32,000 bases of DNA, taken from positions 340,325 through 372,324 of the forward strand of contig NC_003902.1 in NCBI RefSeq assembly GCF_000007145.1, given 5' to 3'. This DNA is from Xanthomonas campestris pv. campestris str. ATCC 33913. GTDB taxonomy: Bacteria > Pseudomonadota > Gammaproteobacteria > Xanthomonadales > Xanthomonadaceae. Position numbers and translations under genes: made by a program. Shown here piece by piece: positions 9,036 through 16,996 of the stretch (the first letter of the stretch is position 1; each line of letters opens with the position of its first letter). The notes below the pieces were generated by a model. The model was not told the DNA's origin. It made no database searches and saw only the letters and a program-made list of their open reading frames with translations.

Positions 9036-9077
9036 CGGTTTTTTTCGAGGTTGCCGTTGCAAAAAATGCGACGGGCC
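9036..9077. promoter_or_regulatory. conserved regulatory module with T-N11-A dyad TTGCAAAAAATGCGA in the allC / lysR divergent region
   Basis: CGGTTTTTTTCGAGGTTGCCGTTGCAAAAAATGCGACGGGCC. The dyad is at 9057-9071. A near-identical module occurs at 25446-25484 in the other divergent LysR promoter region. Confidence 0.45.
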
Positions 9078-9211
9078 TGGAGCGAGCACCTGCACAGAGG
9101 AGCGCGGGGCATGCAGTAGCCGAATCCCGTGCTGCGCGCATCGCCGACCGGACGTGCCAGGCCCATTGCCGGACTGTTACAGTCGGTGCGGGGCATGAAT
9201 CGGATTCACCA

Positions 9212-10105
9212 ATGGCGCGCGATAATTTCAAGGACCTGCTGGCGCTGATCGCCATCGTGCGGGAAGGCAGCTTCACCCGGGCCGCGGCAAAGCTGGGGGT
9301 GTCGCAGTCGGCGCTCAGCCACACCATCCGCGGGCTGGAAGCGACGCTCGGCCTGCGCCTGCTCACCCGCACCACCCGCAGCGTGGCGCCGACCGAGGCC
9401 GGCGAGCGCCTGATCCAGACGGTGGCGCCGCGCTTTGCCGAGATCGAAGAGGCGCTGTCGGCGCTGAGCGAGATGCGCGACACCCCGGCTGGCAGCGTGC
9501 GCATCACCGCCACCGACTATGCCGCGCGCGAAATCCTGTGGCCCAAGCTGGCGGTGCTGCTGCGCCAGTACCCGGACATCAAGGTGGAACTGGTGGTGGA
9601 CAACGGCCTGACCGACATCGTGGCCGACCGTTACGATCTCGGCGTGCGCCTGGGCGACCAGGTGGAAAAAGACATGATCGCCGCGCGCATCGCGCCGGAC
9701 ATGCGCATGGCATTGATCGCCTCGCCCGCCTACCTGGAACGCCGGCCGCTGCCCAAGACCCCGCAAGACCTCACCGCGCACCTGTGCATCAACCTGCGCA
9801 TGACCACCGCCGGCGGCATCTACGCCTGGGAACTGGAAAAGGACGGCCGCGAGATCGCAGTGCGTGTGGAGGGCCAGCTCACCTTCAACAGCATCTATGA
9901 AGCATTGGATGCGGCGCTGCAGGGGTTCGGCATCGCCTTCGTGCAGGAAGACCTCGCCCGGCCGCACATCAAGGCCGGGCGGCTGCGTTGGGTGATGAAG
10001 GACTGGTCACCCACCTGGCCCGGCCTGCATGCGTTCTACCCCAGCCGCCGGCATTCCTCGCCCGCGTTCAACCTGGTGCTGGAGGCGCTGCGGCATAAGG
10101 GCTGA
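9212..10105 (+). CDS. LysR-family transcriptional regulator
   Basis: 297 aa from ATG 9212. The N-terminal wHTH FTRAAAKLGVSQSALSHTIRGLEATLGLRLLTRTTRSVAPTEAG is followed by a LysR substrate-binding domain. Divergent from allC. Confidence 0.9.
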   Translation: MARDNFKDLLALIAIVREGSFTRAAAKLGVSQSALSHTIRGLEATLGLRLLTRTTRSVAPTEAGERLIQTVAPRFAEIEEALSALSEMRDTPAGSVRITATDYAAREILWPKLAVLLRQYPDIKVELVVDNGLTDIVADRYDLGVRLGDQVEKDMIAARIAPDMRMALIASPAYLERRPLPKTPQDLTAHLCINLRMTTAGGIYAWELEKDGREIAVRVEGQLTFNSIYEALDAALQGFGIAFVQEDLARPHIKAGRLRWVMKDWSPTWPGLHAFYPSRRHSSPAFNLVLEALRHKG

Positions 10106-10126
10106 GGGTTGCGCTGGTGTTGGGAC

Positions 10127-10399
10127 GCGGTCGAAATCCTGAGCGTGTATCTGGCCAGGGAGCTGGAACCGCGCAGTATCACGGCCAACACGGTGGCGCG
10201 CGGTGCCATTGCCACTGGCTTTCCCGGAGGTGCGGTGCGCGATACGCCGGCCTACACCAAGGCCTTTGCCGACATGACCGCGTTGGGCCGGGTGGGCGTG
10301 CCGGACGACATCGGCCCGATGGTCGCCAGCCTGTTGAGCGAGGACAACCGCTGGGTCACCGGGCAGCGGATCGAGGTGTCTGGCGGCCAGACGATCTGA
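10127..10399 (+). pseudogene. 3' remnant of an SDR-family oxidoreductase gene
   Basis: Only the C-terminal ~90 aa are present: AVEILSVYLARELEPRSITANTVARGAIATGF...GRVGVPDDIGPMVASLLSEDNRWVTGQRIEVSGGQTI. The Rossmann N-terminus and the catalytic YxxxK are missing. The fragment starts within ~20 nt of the LysR stop. Confidence 0.75.
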
Positions 10400-10582
10400 G
10401 CTGGCTGAGGCGGTGGAATCAGCATGTGTTTGTTCGACTGTTTCGTTGGTGCTCGCCAGTCGTTTCGATGGGAAGCGCCGCGCACGAGCGCGATAGTGCG
10501 TGAAGCCCGCGCACTGCGCGGGTCTGCAACCCCGGAAATTGTAGTCGGCGTATCCGAATGCAATCGCAATCGCTGACGTCAT

Positions 10583-11591
10583 CGCACACCACGTAGAGCG
10601 CGCTTGCGCGCGATGAAGCTGTCCCGGTAACGCCCCATCGCGCGTAAGCGCGCTCCTACGACCGCCGACGCGTGTGGGAGTGTCGTGACATCAGACCAGC
10701 CACAACAGATTCGCCTGTTTGGCAGAGGTGTGTCGTATGCGTGATTGTGACCGCCATCCGTGACGGCGGCGCACACCACGTAGGAGCGCGCTCGCGCGCG
10801 ATGAAGCTGTCCCGGTAACGCCCGATCGCGCGCAAGCGCGCTCCTAAGACCGCCGATGCGTGCGGAAGTGTCGTGACATCAGACCAGCCACAACAGATTC
10901 GCCTGTTTGGCAGAGGTGTCGTATGCGTGATTGTGACCGCCATCCGTGACGGCGGCACACAGCACGTAGGAGCGCGTTTGCGCGCGACGAAGCTGTTCCG
11001 GTAACACCCCATCGCGCGCAAGCGCGCGCCTACGACCGCCGATGCGTGCGGAAGTGTCGTGACATCAGACCAGCCACAACAGATTCGCCTGTTTGGCAGA
11101 GGCGTTGCACGCGTGACTGTGACTGCCATCCGTGACGGCGGCGCACATCATGTAAGAGCGCGCTTGCGCGCGATGAAGCTGTCGCGGTGACGTCCCATCG
11201 CGCGCAAGCGCGCTCCTACGGCCGCCGATGCGTGCGGGAGTGCCGTGAGATCAGACCAGACACAGAGGATTCGCCTGTTTGGCAGAGGTGTCGTATGCGT
11301 GACTGTAGCCGCCATCCGTGATGGCGGCAGACACCACGTAGGAGCGCGCTTGCGCGCGATGAAGCTGTCTCGGTGACGCCCCATCGCGCGCAAGCGCGCT
11401 CCTACGACCGCCGATACGTGCGTGAGTATCGTGACATCAGCCCAAGCACGGCAGATTCGCCTGTTTGATGGACGTGTTTCATGCGTGACTGTGACCGCCA
11501 TCCGTGATGGCGGCGCGCATCAGGTAGGAGCGCGCTCGCGCGCGATGAAGCTGTCCCGGTAACGCCCCATCGCGCGCAAGCGCGCGCCTAC
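10583..11591. repeat. tandem array of composite REP units: 6 GTAG-type hairpins, 5 conserved linkers, period 186 bp
   Basis: GTAG heads at 10593, 10780, 10966, 11152, 11338 and 11524. Each REP is GTAGGAGCGCGCTTGCGCGCG(ATG)-loop-(CAT)CGCGCGCAAGCGCGCTCCTAC. Linkers of ~118 nt are conserved and carry CCGCC-N9-GGCGG at 10751, 10937, 11123, 11309 and 11495. Confidence 0.9.
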
Positions 11592-11975
11592 CGAGGCCAT
11601 GTGCGTGGCCAGCCGGTGCCGCGTTCAGCACCGGGCGCATGACCTCCGCCCAAGCCTGAGTAGACAGGTTGCGCAGACGGCCAGGCAGCGGAAACGCACC
11701 CGATCCAATGAACAGCGCTCATAAGCCCATGCGCTTTGGCCAGCTTTATCGCACTGGCCATCCTGCGTACGCTGCGCAGCCTGGCGTTGCCCTTGTTGAG
11801 GCTTGCAACGCTGCGTGCGTTGCGGCGTGGGCGCTATGCGCCAACCGTGACTTCTTCAGAACAATGCCTCACAGCGCAGCGTGTGCGCATGCCACAGCTC
11901 GGTGCTCCCACGCCGTCGATGTGCGGTGCTAAAGCGCAGTGGCGCTCTCCCGTTCCAGTCTTCAAAGGATCCTGC

Positions 11976-13172
11976 ATGTCTTCCGCATCCACTGCTTCCG
12001 CCGCCGTGCGCGCTGCGCCCAGCGCCAGCCGCCAGACCTGGAGTGCGGTGGGCTCGTTGTCGTTGTGCGTAGCGTTGTTGATCGCCTCCGAGTTCATGCC
12101 GGTCAGCCTGCTCACGCCGATCGCGGCCGATCTGCATGCCACCGCCGGCATGGCCGGGCAGGCGATCTCCATCTCGGGGTTGTTTGCGGTGCTGGCCAGC
12201 CTGCTCATCGCGCCACTTACGTCGCGCTTCAATCGCCGGCATGTGCTGATCAGCCTGAGCGCGGTGATGTTGCTGTCATTGTTGCTGATCGCCAATGCGC
12301 ATTCGTTCGGCATGTTGATGGCGGCGCGTGCGCTGCTGGGGATCACCATTGGTGGGTTCTGGGCGCTGGCCACCGCCACGGTGATGCGCATGATGCCGGA
12401 AGAGGCGGTACCCAAGGCGCTGGGCATCGTCTACATCGGCAACGCGGTGGCGACCGCATTTGCCGCTCCGTTGGGTAGCTATCTGGGCGCGGTGATCGGC
12501 TGGCGTGGCGTGTTCTGGGGCATGGTGCCGTTGGTGGCGCTGACCATCGCCTGGCAGTGGCACAGCCTGCCATCCTTGCCTGCGCAGGGCGGCACCTCGC
12601 TGGGCAGCATCGCCGCATTGCTCAAGCGTCGCTACGTGGCGCGCGCGATGCTGGCGATCATGTTGGGCTTTGCCGGTGCGTTCTCTGCGTTTACCTATTT
12701 CCGTCCGTTCCTGGAGAACGCCGCGCACGTGGATGTATCGCACTTGTCGTTGCTGCTGCTCGGGCTGGGCCTGGCCGGTTTTGCCGGCACCTATGCCGCC
12801 ACGGCCCTGCTGCCGAAGCGCTTGTTCAGTCTGCTCACGGTGCTGCCGGTGGCGTTGGGCGTGGCCACCCTGGCGATGCTGCTGACCAGCCATCTGCTGT
12901 GGGGCGTGGCAATCGCGATGATTGCGTGGGGCACACTCAATTCGGCATTGCCGGTGGCGTGGTCCACCTGGCTGAGCCGCTGCATCAAGGACGCACCGGA
13001 AGCCGGTGGCGGCCTGATGGTGGCCGCCATCCAGCTGGCCATCATGCTCGGTGGTGCACTGGGCGGCGTGCTGCTGGATCACGTCTCCATCGCCGCCACC
13101 TTCATCGGTGCCAGCGTGCTGCTGCTGGCTGCATCGCTGGTGGCCGGTAATGGCGCGCGGTTGCAGCCTTGA
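11976..13172 (+). CDS. MFS transporter, DHA1 family, NepI-like (purine ribonucleoside efflux pump family)
   Basis: 398 aa from ATG 11976, with AAGGA 8 nt upstream. WSAVGSLSLCVALLIASEFMPVSLLTPIAADL...LLGITIGGFWA...VPKALGIVYIG...APLGSYLGAVIGWRGVF closely parallels my recollection of E. coli NepI. 12 TM-like segments. Confidence 0.75.
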   Translation: MSSASTASAAVRAAPSASRQTWSAVGSLSLCVALLIASEFMPVSLLTPIAADLHATAGMAGQAISISGLFAVLASLLIAPLTSRFNRRHVLISLSAVMLLSLLLIANAHSFGMLMAARALLGITIGGFWALATATVMRMMPEEAVPKALGIVYIGNAVATAFAAPLGSYLGAVIGWRGVFWGMVPLVALTIAWQWHSLPSLPAQGGTSLGSIAALLKRRYVARAMLAIMLGFAGAFSAFTYFRPFLENAAHVDVSHLSLLLLGLGLAGFAGTYAATALLPKRLFSLLTVLPVALGVATLAMLLTSHLLWGVAIAMIAWGTLNSALPVAWSTWLSRCIKDAPEAGGGLMVAAIQLAIMLGGALGGVLLDHVSIAATFIGASVLLLAASLVAGNGARLQP

Positions 13173-13599
13173 CCGTGAAATCCTCCTCAATTTCGGCCCG
13201 CGCGGCGAGATGGTTTTAGGGTTTAGGCCGCCTGCTTTGGTGAGCCACTTACGCCTGATCTGGCTGGTGTTCCCAGCGACTCGTTTGCGTGTGCGATGTA
13301 CGTGCTCAGCGGCTGCGAGAGGACATGCGGAGCTTGGGAGCGCGATAGGGTCCACGGTGCAACGCATGCAGCCTGGTCGCTGCTCAGGCGCCCGGTTTGC
13401 TGCTGCTACAAGACTTGATCCGTGCTGCGCTAGGTAGATCGGCTGCGTCTAAATCACCGCCAAACAGCAGACAGATCGAGCAAGCGAGCCGATCCATCTC
13501 ATCCGCACAGGTGCTGACTCAAAGGAGGCCGAGCGGTCGCTGGCGCAACTGCCAACCGTGCCCTCACACATGCACTGAACACGCCATCGGCACAATCGA

Positions 13600-14361
13600 T
13601 TGTCAGCCCCTCATGACAGTCACACGTTGATCAATGTCCTGACCCTCAATGCCCACATGGGCTTTGACCTGCTCAAGCGGCGCTTCATTCTTGCCGCGTT
13701 GCGTGAGGCCATTCGCGAGGTCTGCGCCGAGATCGTGTGCCTGCAGGAAGTCCTGGGCGAACACGCGCTGCACGCCCGGCGACACGCGCAGTGGCCTGCC
13801 GTGGCGCATTACGAATATCTCGCGGAAATGCTGTGGCCGCAGTTCTCCTATGGGCGCAATGCGGTGTATCCGCACGGGCACCATGGCAATGCGGTGTTGT
13901 CGAAGTTTCCTATCTCAAGTTTCGCCAATCACGATGTGTCCGTGCCCGGCCACGAGCCACGGGGGGTACTGCACGCGGTGCTGCAGGTGCCGGGCTGGTC
14001 GGAGGAGCTACAGGTGTTCTGCGTGCACCTCGGCTTGCACGAAGCGCACCGGCAGCAGCAGATCGGCCTGCTGTGCGCGCGGGTGGCTGCGCTCTCGGCC
14101 GATGCGCCGGTCGTGGTGGCGGGCGACTTCAACGACTGGCGGGCGCGCGGCCATCCGCTGCTCACGCGCTGTGGTCTGGTCGAGGCCGTCGAATGCATGC
14201 ACGGGCGCGTGGCGCGCAGCTTTCCCTCGCGCTTTCCGGTCTTGCCGCTGGACCGCATCTATCTGCGCAATCTGCGGGTGGTGCAGGCGCGCGTCCTGTC
14301 CGGTCTGCCGTGGTCGCGGCTCTCCGATCATCTGCCGTTATTGGCGAGTATCGCGCCATGA
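13600..14361 (+). CDS. ybhP: endonuclease/exonuclease/phosphatase family protein (YbhP-like)
   Basis: VLTLNAHMGF..RRFILAALREAIREVCAEIVCLQEV...YGRNAVYPHGHHGNAVLSKFPI...VFCVHLGLHEAHRQQQ...VVAGDFNDWR...LPLDRIY...LSDHLPL aligns with E. coli YbhP. The start is uncertain: no in-frame ATG, TTG at 13600 or 13627. Confidence 0.85.
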   Translation: MSAPHDSHTLINVLTLNAHMGFDLLKRRFILAALREAIREVCAEIVCLQEVLGEHALHARRHAQWPAVAHYEYLAEMLWPQFSYGRNAVYPHGHHGNAVLSKFPISSFANHDVSVPGHEPRGVLHAVLQVPGWSEELQVFCVHLGLHEAHRQQQIGLLCARVAALSADAPVVVAGDFNDWRARGHPLLTRCGLVEAVECMHGRVARSFPSRFPVLPLDRIYLRNLRVVQARVLSGLPWSRLSDHLPLLASIAP

Positions 14362-15377
14362 GCCGGCAGCCCGCGCTCTGCTGGCGCCAAGGGCATCGCA
14401 TGCGTCTGCTGGAAAATGGCGAGAACTACTTCGCACGCTTTTACCAGATGATCGCCGCCGCGCAAGACGAGATTCTGCTGGAAACGTTCATCCTGTTCGA
14501 GGATGCGGTGGGCCTGCAATTGCAGCAGCACCTGATCGACGCGGCACAACGCGGCGTGCGGGTACACCTGCTGGTGGATGCATTCGGCTCGTGCGCATTG
14601 TCCCCGCGGTACGCACGCGACCTTGCCGAGGCGGGCGTGCAGCTGCGCCTGTTCGACCCGGAGCCCACACCGCTGCGCAGGCGCATCAATATGTTCCGCC
14701 GCCTGCATCGCAAGCTGCTCGTCGTCGATCAGGCCATTGCCTTCGTCGGCGGCATCAATTATTCGGCCGATCAACTGGCCGGGTCAGGGCCGCAGGGCAA
14801 ACAGGATTACGCCATCGAGCTGCAGGGGCCGGTGGTGTGTGATATCGCTGCCTTCATGCAGCAGGCCGCGCGTGGCAGCGGGGCCGGCGAGGGCTGGACG
14901 CCGGATCCGTCATCACCCGCATCAACAGCTGCCGAGAGCGGCGAGGTTTGCTTTATCGCGCGTGACAACGGCTCACGCTCGCGCAGCATCGAACAGGCGT
15001 ACCGGCAGGCATTTGCCGATGCGCGGCAGGAAATCATCATCGCCAACGCGTACTTCTTCCCGGGCTACGGATGTCTGCGTGATCTGTGTGCGGCCGCGCG
15101 GCGCGGCGTCCACGTGCGCCTCATCGTGCAGGGACAACCCGACACCCCGCTTGCCTTGTTGGCAGCGCGTTTGCTGTACCGCCAGTTGCTCGCTGCCGGG
15201 GTGCAGATCTTCGAGTACTGCGAGCGACCGTTCCATGGCAAGGTTGCGGTGATCGATGGGTATTGGAGCACGGTCGGTTCCAGCAACCTGGACCCACTCA
15301 GCCTGGCACTGAACCTGGAGGCGAACGTGCTGGTACGCAACCATGCCTTCGCAGAGGTCTTGCGTGAGCGCTTGTAA
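14358..15377 (+). CDS. clsB: cardiolipin synthase ClsB (PLD family, two HKD motifs)
   Basis: 339 aa. HKD motifs HRKLLVVDQAIAFVGGIN and HGKVAVIDGYWSTVGSSNLD. The ATG 14358 overlaps the ybhP stop (ATGA), as in the E. coli ybhP-clsB operon. Confidence 0.85.
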   Translation: MSRQPALCWRQGHRMRLLENGENYFARFYQMIAAAQDEILLETFILFEDAVGLQLQQHLIDAAQRGVRVHLLVDAFGSCALSPRYARDLAEAGVQLRLFDPEPTPLRRRINMFRRLHRKLLVVDQAIAFVGGINYSADQLAGSGPQGKQDYAIELQGPVVCDIAAFMQQAARGSGAGEGWTPDPSSPASTAAESGEVCFIARDNGSRSRSIEQAYRQAFADARQEIIIANAYFFPGYGCLRDLCAAARRGVHVRLIVQGQPDTPLALLAARLLYRQLLAAGVQIFEYCERPFHGKVAVIDGYWSTVGSSNLDPLSLALNLEANVLVRNHAFAEVLRERL

Positions 15378-15415
15378 CGTTTGATGACGCAGGCACGAGA
15401 GGTCGCACCCAACCC

Positions 15416-16996
15416 TCACCACCCAGCCACCGCACCATCCGATCTTGGGTCGCTCGCACCACTCACCACGCCGGTGACCTCACGCACCAGGGCGCCAGCA
15501 TGCCCCATCACCGAGCTATAGGCCGGTAACAGTTCGACGGCGTGGCCGGCGTCGCGCAGTGCTTGCACCACGGCCGGGTCGAAGCGGTCTTCCAGCTTCA
15601 ACGTGGTGCTGTCGTCGCCCCAGGTGCGGCCGAGCAGCCAGCGCGGTGCGGTGATGGCCTGTTGCAACGGCATGCCGAAGTGGGCGTAGCGCGAGAACAG
15701 CGCGGCCTGGGTCTGCGGTTGGCCTTCGCCGCCCATGGTGCCGTAGGCCATGACGCGGCCATCGTCGAAGGTGGCCAGGGCGGGGTTGAGGGTGTGGAAC
15801 GGTTTACGCCCTGGGGCGAGTGCATTCCAGCCGTCGGTGGCGAGGCGAAAGCTGCAGCCGCGATTCTGCCAGGTGATGCCGGTATGCGGCAGCACCAGGC
15901 CGGAGCCGAATTCGAAATAGGTGGACTGGATGCAGCTCACCGCGCGGCCCTGCGCGTCGATGGCGCCGAACCAGACGGTGTCGCCGGCCTGCGAGGGCTG
16001 CGGCCAGGGCAGGGCCGCGTGCAGGTCGATGCGGGCGGCCAGTGCGTCCAGCGCAGCGCTGTCGTCGAGCAGGGCTTGTGCGTCGAGCGTCATCCAGGCG
16101 CTGTCGCCGATGTGGGCGTCGCGAATCAGGAAGGCCTGTTTGGTGGCTTCGATCAGGCCATGCAGGTGCGCGAAACTGTCTGCCTGCGTGGCCGGCAGGC
16201 GGTCGAACAGCGCCAGGATCAACAGCGAGGCCAGCCCTTGCGTGGGCGGTGCGTGGTTATACAAACGTGCACCGGCGATGGCGACTGAGAGCGGCACGCT
16301 GGCCTCGGCGGTGTGTGTGGCCAGGTCATCCGCATGCAACGGGCTGCCGAGTACGCGTAGGTCGGCGGCGATGTCATCGGCGAGCGCGCCGCGGTAGAAA
16401 CTGTCCAGGCCATCGTGCGCCAGCCGTTGCAGGGTGCGCGCGAGCTGGGGTTGCTGCAGCACGGCGCCCTCGTGCAGGGGCGCGCCGCGCGGCTCGAAGA
16501 TGCGCGCATAGGCGCCCGGCAGGCAACGCAGTTCATCGCCCTTGCTGGCGGCGATGTGCGCACCGCCGAGCGTGATCGGCACGCCCACCTCGGCATGGTG
16601 GATGGCCTCTTCCAGCAGCTGCTGCAGCGGGAGCGTGCCACCACCGTGCTGGAGCGCAAGCGCCCAGCCGGAGACGGTGCCGGCCACGGTATTGGCGGCG
16701 CCCGGGCCGCGCCAGGGGATGTGGGTGTGGCCGCGATAGAAGTCCAGCGTGGCCGCCTGTGCGGCACGGCCGCAGGCGTCGATGGCGTGTACGCGGCCAT
16801 CGGGTTCGTGGATCAGCCAGAAGCCATCGCCGCCGATGCCGGTCATGTGCGGATACACCACGGCCAGACAGGCGGCGGTGGCCACCGCTGCTTCGATGGC
16901 GTTGCCGCCGGCGCGCAGGATGTCGCGCCCGGCCTGCGCGGCCAGATGGTGAGGCGCGACCACCATGCCGCGGCGTGCGCGCAAGGTGTGCAGCAT
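15416..16996 (-). CDS. hpxW: gamma-glutamyltransferase-family Ntn amidohydrolase, HpxW-like (candidate oxamate amidohydrolase)
   Basis: 526 aa from ATG 16996. GGT fold motifs: GGNAIEAAVA, HMTGIGGDGFWL, the putative autoprocessing nucleophile in GDTVWFGAIDAQGRAVSCIQS, and YGTMGGEGQPQTQ. Its start overlaps the amidase stop (TGATG). The 1007-aa ORF in the track is a run-on. Confidence 0.75.
   Translation of the reverse strand: MLHTLRARRGMVVAPHHLAAQAGRDILRAGGNAIEAAVATAACLAVVYPHMTGIGGDGFWLIHEPDGRVHAIDACGRAAQAATLDFYRGHTHIPWRGPGAANTVAGTVSGWALALQHGGGTLPLQQLLEEAIHHAEVGVPITLGGAHIAASKGDELRCLPGAYARIFEPRGAPLHEGAVLQQPQLARTLQRLAHDGLDSFYRGALADDIAADLRVLGSPLHADDLATHTAEASVPLSVAIAGARLYNHAPPTQGLASLLILALFDRLPATQADSFAHLHGLIEATKQAFLIRDAHIGDSAWMTLDAQALLDDSAALDALAARIDLHAALPWPQPSQAGDTVWFGAIDAQGRAVSCIQSTYFEFGSGLVLPHTGITWQNRGCSFRLATDGWNALAPGRKPFHTLNPALATFDDGRVMAYGTMGGEGQPQTQAALFSRYAHFGMPLQQAITAPRWLLGRTWGDDSTTLKLEDRFDPAVVQALRDAGHAVELLPAYSSVMGHAGALVREVTGVVSGASDPRSDGAVAGW

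Noticed and set aside
8994-9045. Terminator-like hairpin GGGGCG...CGCCCC followed by T7 on the plus strand
   Set aside because: No plus-strand gene ends upstream of it. It lies in a divergent promoter region, and the T-tract is part of the module conserved with 25446-25452. More likely a promoter/UP-like or regulatory element than a terminator.
9046-9071. Sigma-54 promoter reading of GG...TTGCA in the allC/lysR region
   Set aside because: GG-to-GC spacing is 8 nt instead of the required 10. The second copy of the box (25464) has no GG element at all. A dyad/T-N11-A operator is the better interpretation.
10579-11501. Minus-strand ORFs of 66, 157 and 117 aa with a repeating 62-aa peptide (..PLPNRRICCGWSDVTTLPHASAVVGARLRAMG..)
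   Set aside because: They are translations of the tandem REP units. The composition is Cys/Arg/Trp-rich and there is no RBS context. The frame is broken by an indel in unit 1 and a TGA at 11148. Open frames of this size are expected by chance in GC-rich repeats whose period is a multiple of 3.
10583-11591. Regularly spaced palindromic repeats resembling a CRISPR array
   Set aside because: The 'spacers' (~118 nt) are themselves conserved copies of one another. The repeats are 68-nt GTAG REP hairpins, far longer than CRISPR repeats. No cas genes or leader are present.
13173-13260. IS3-family-like terminal sequence beginning TGACCGTGAAAT
   Set aside because: The TGA is the MFS stop codon, there is no matching inverted end or transposase fragment, and I cannot verify identity to any IS from memory.
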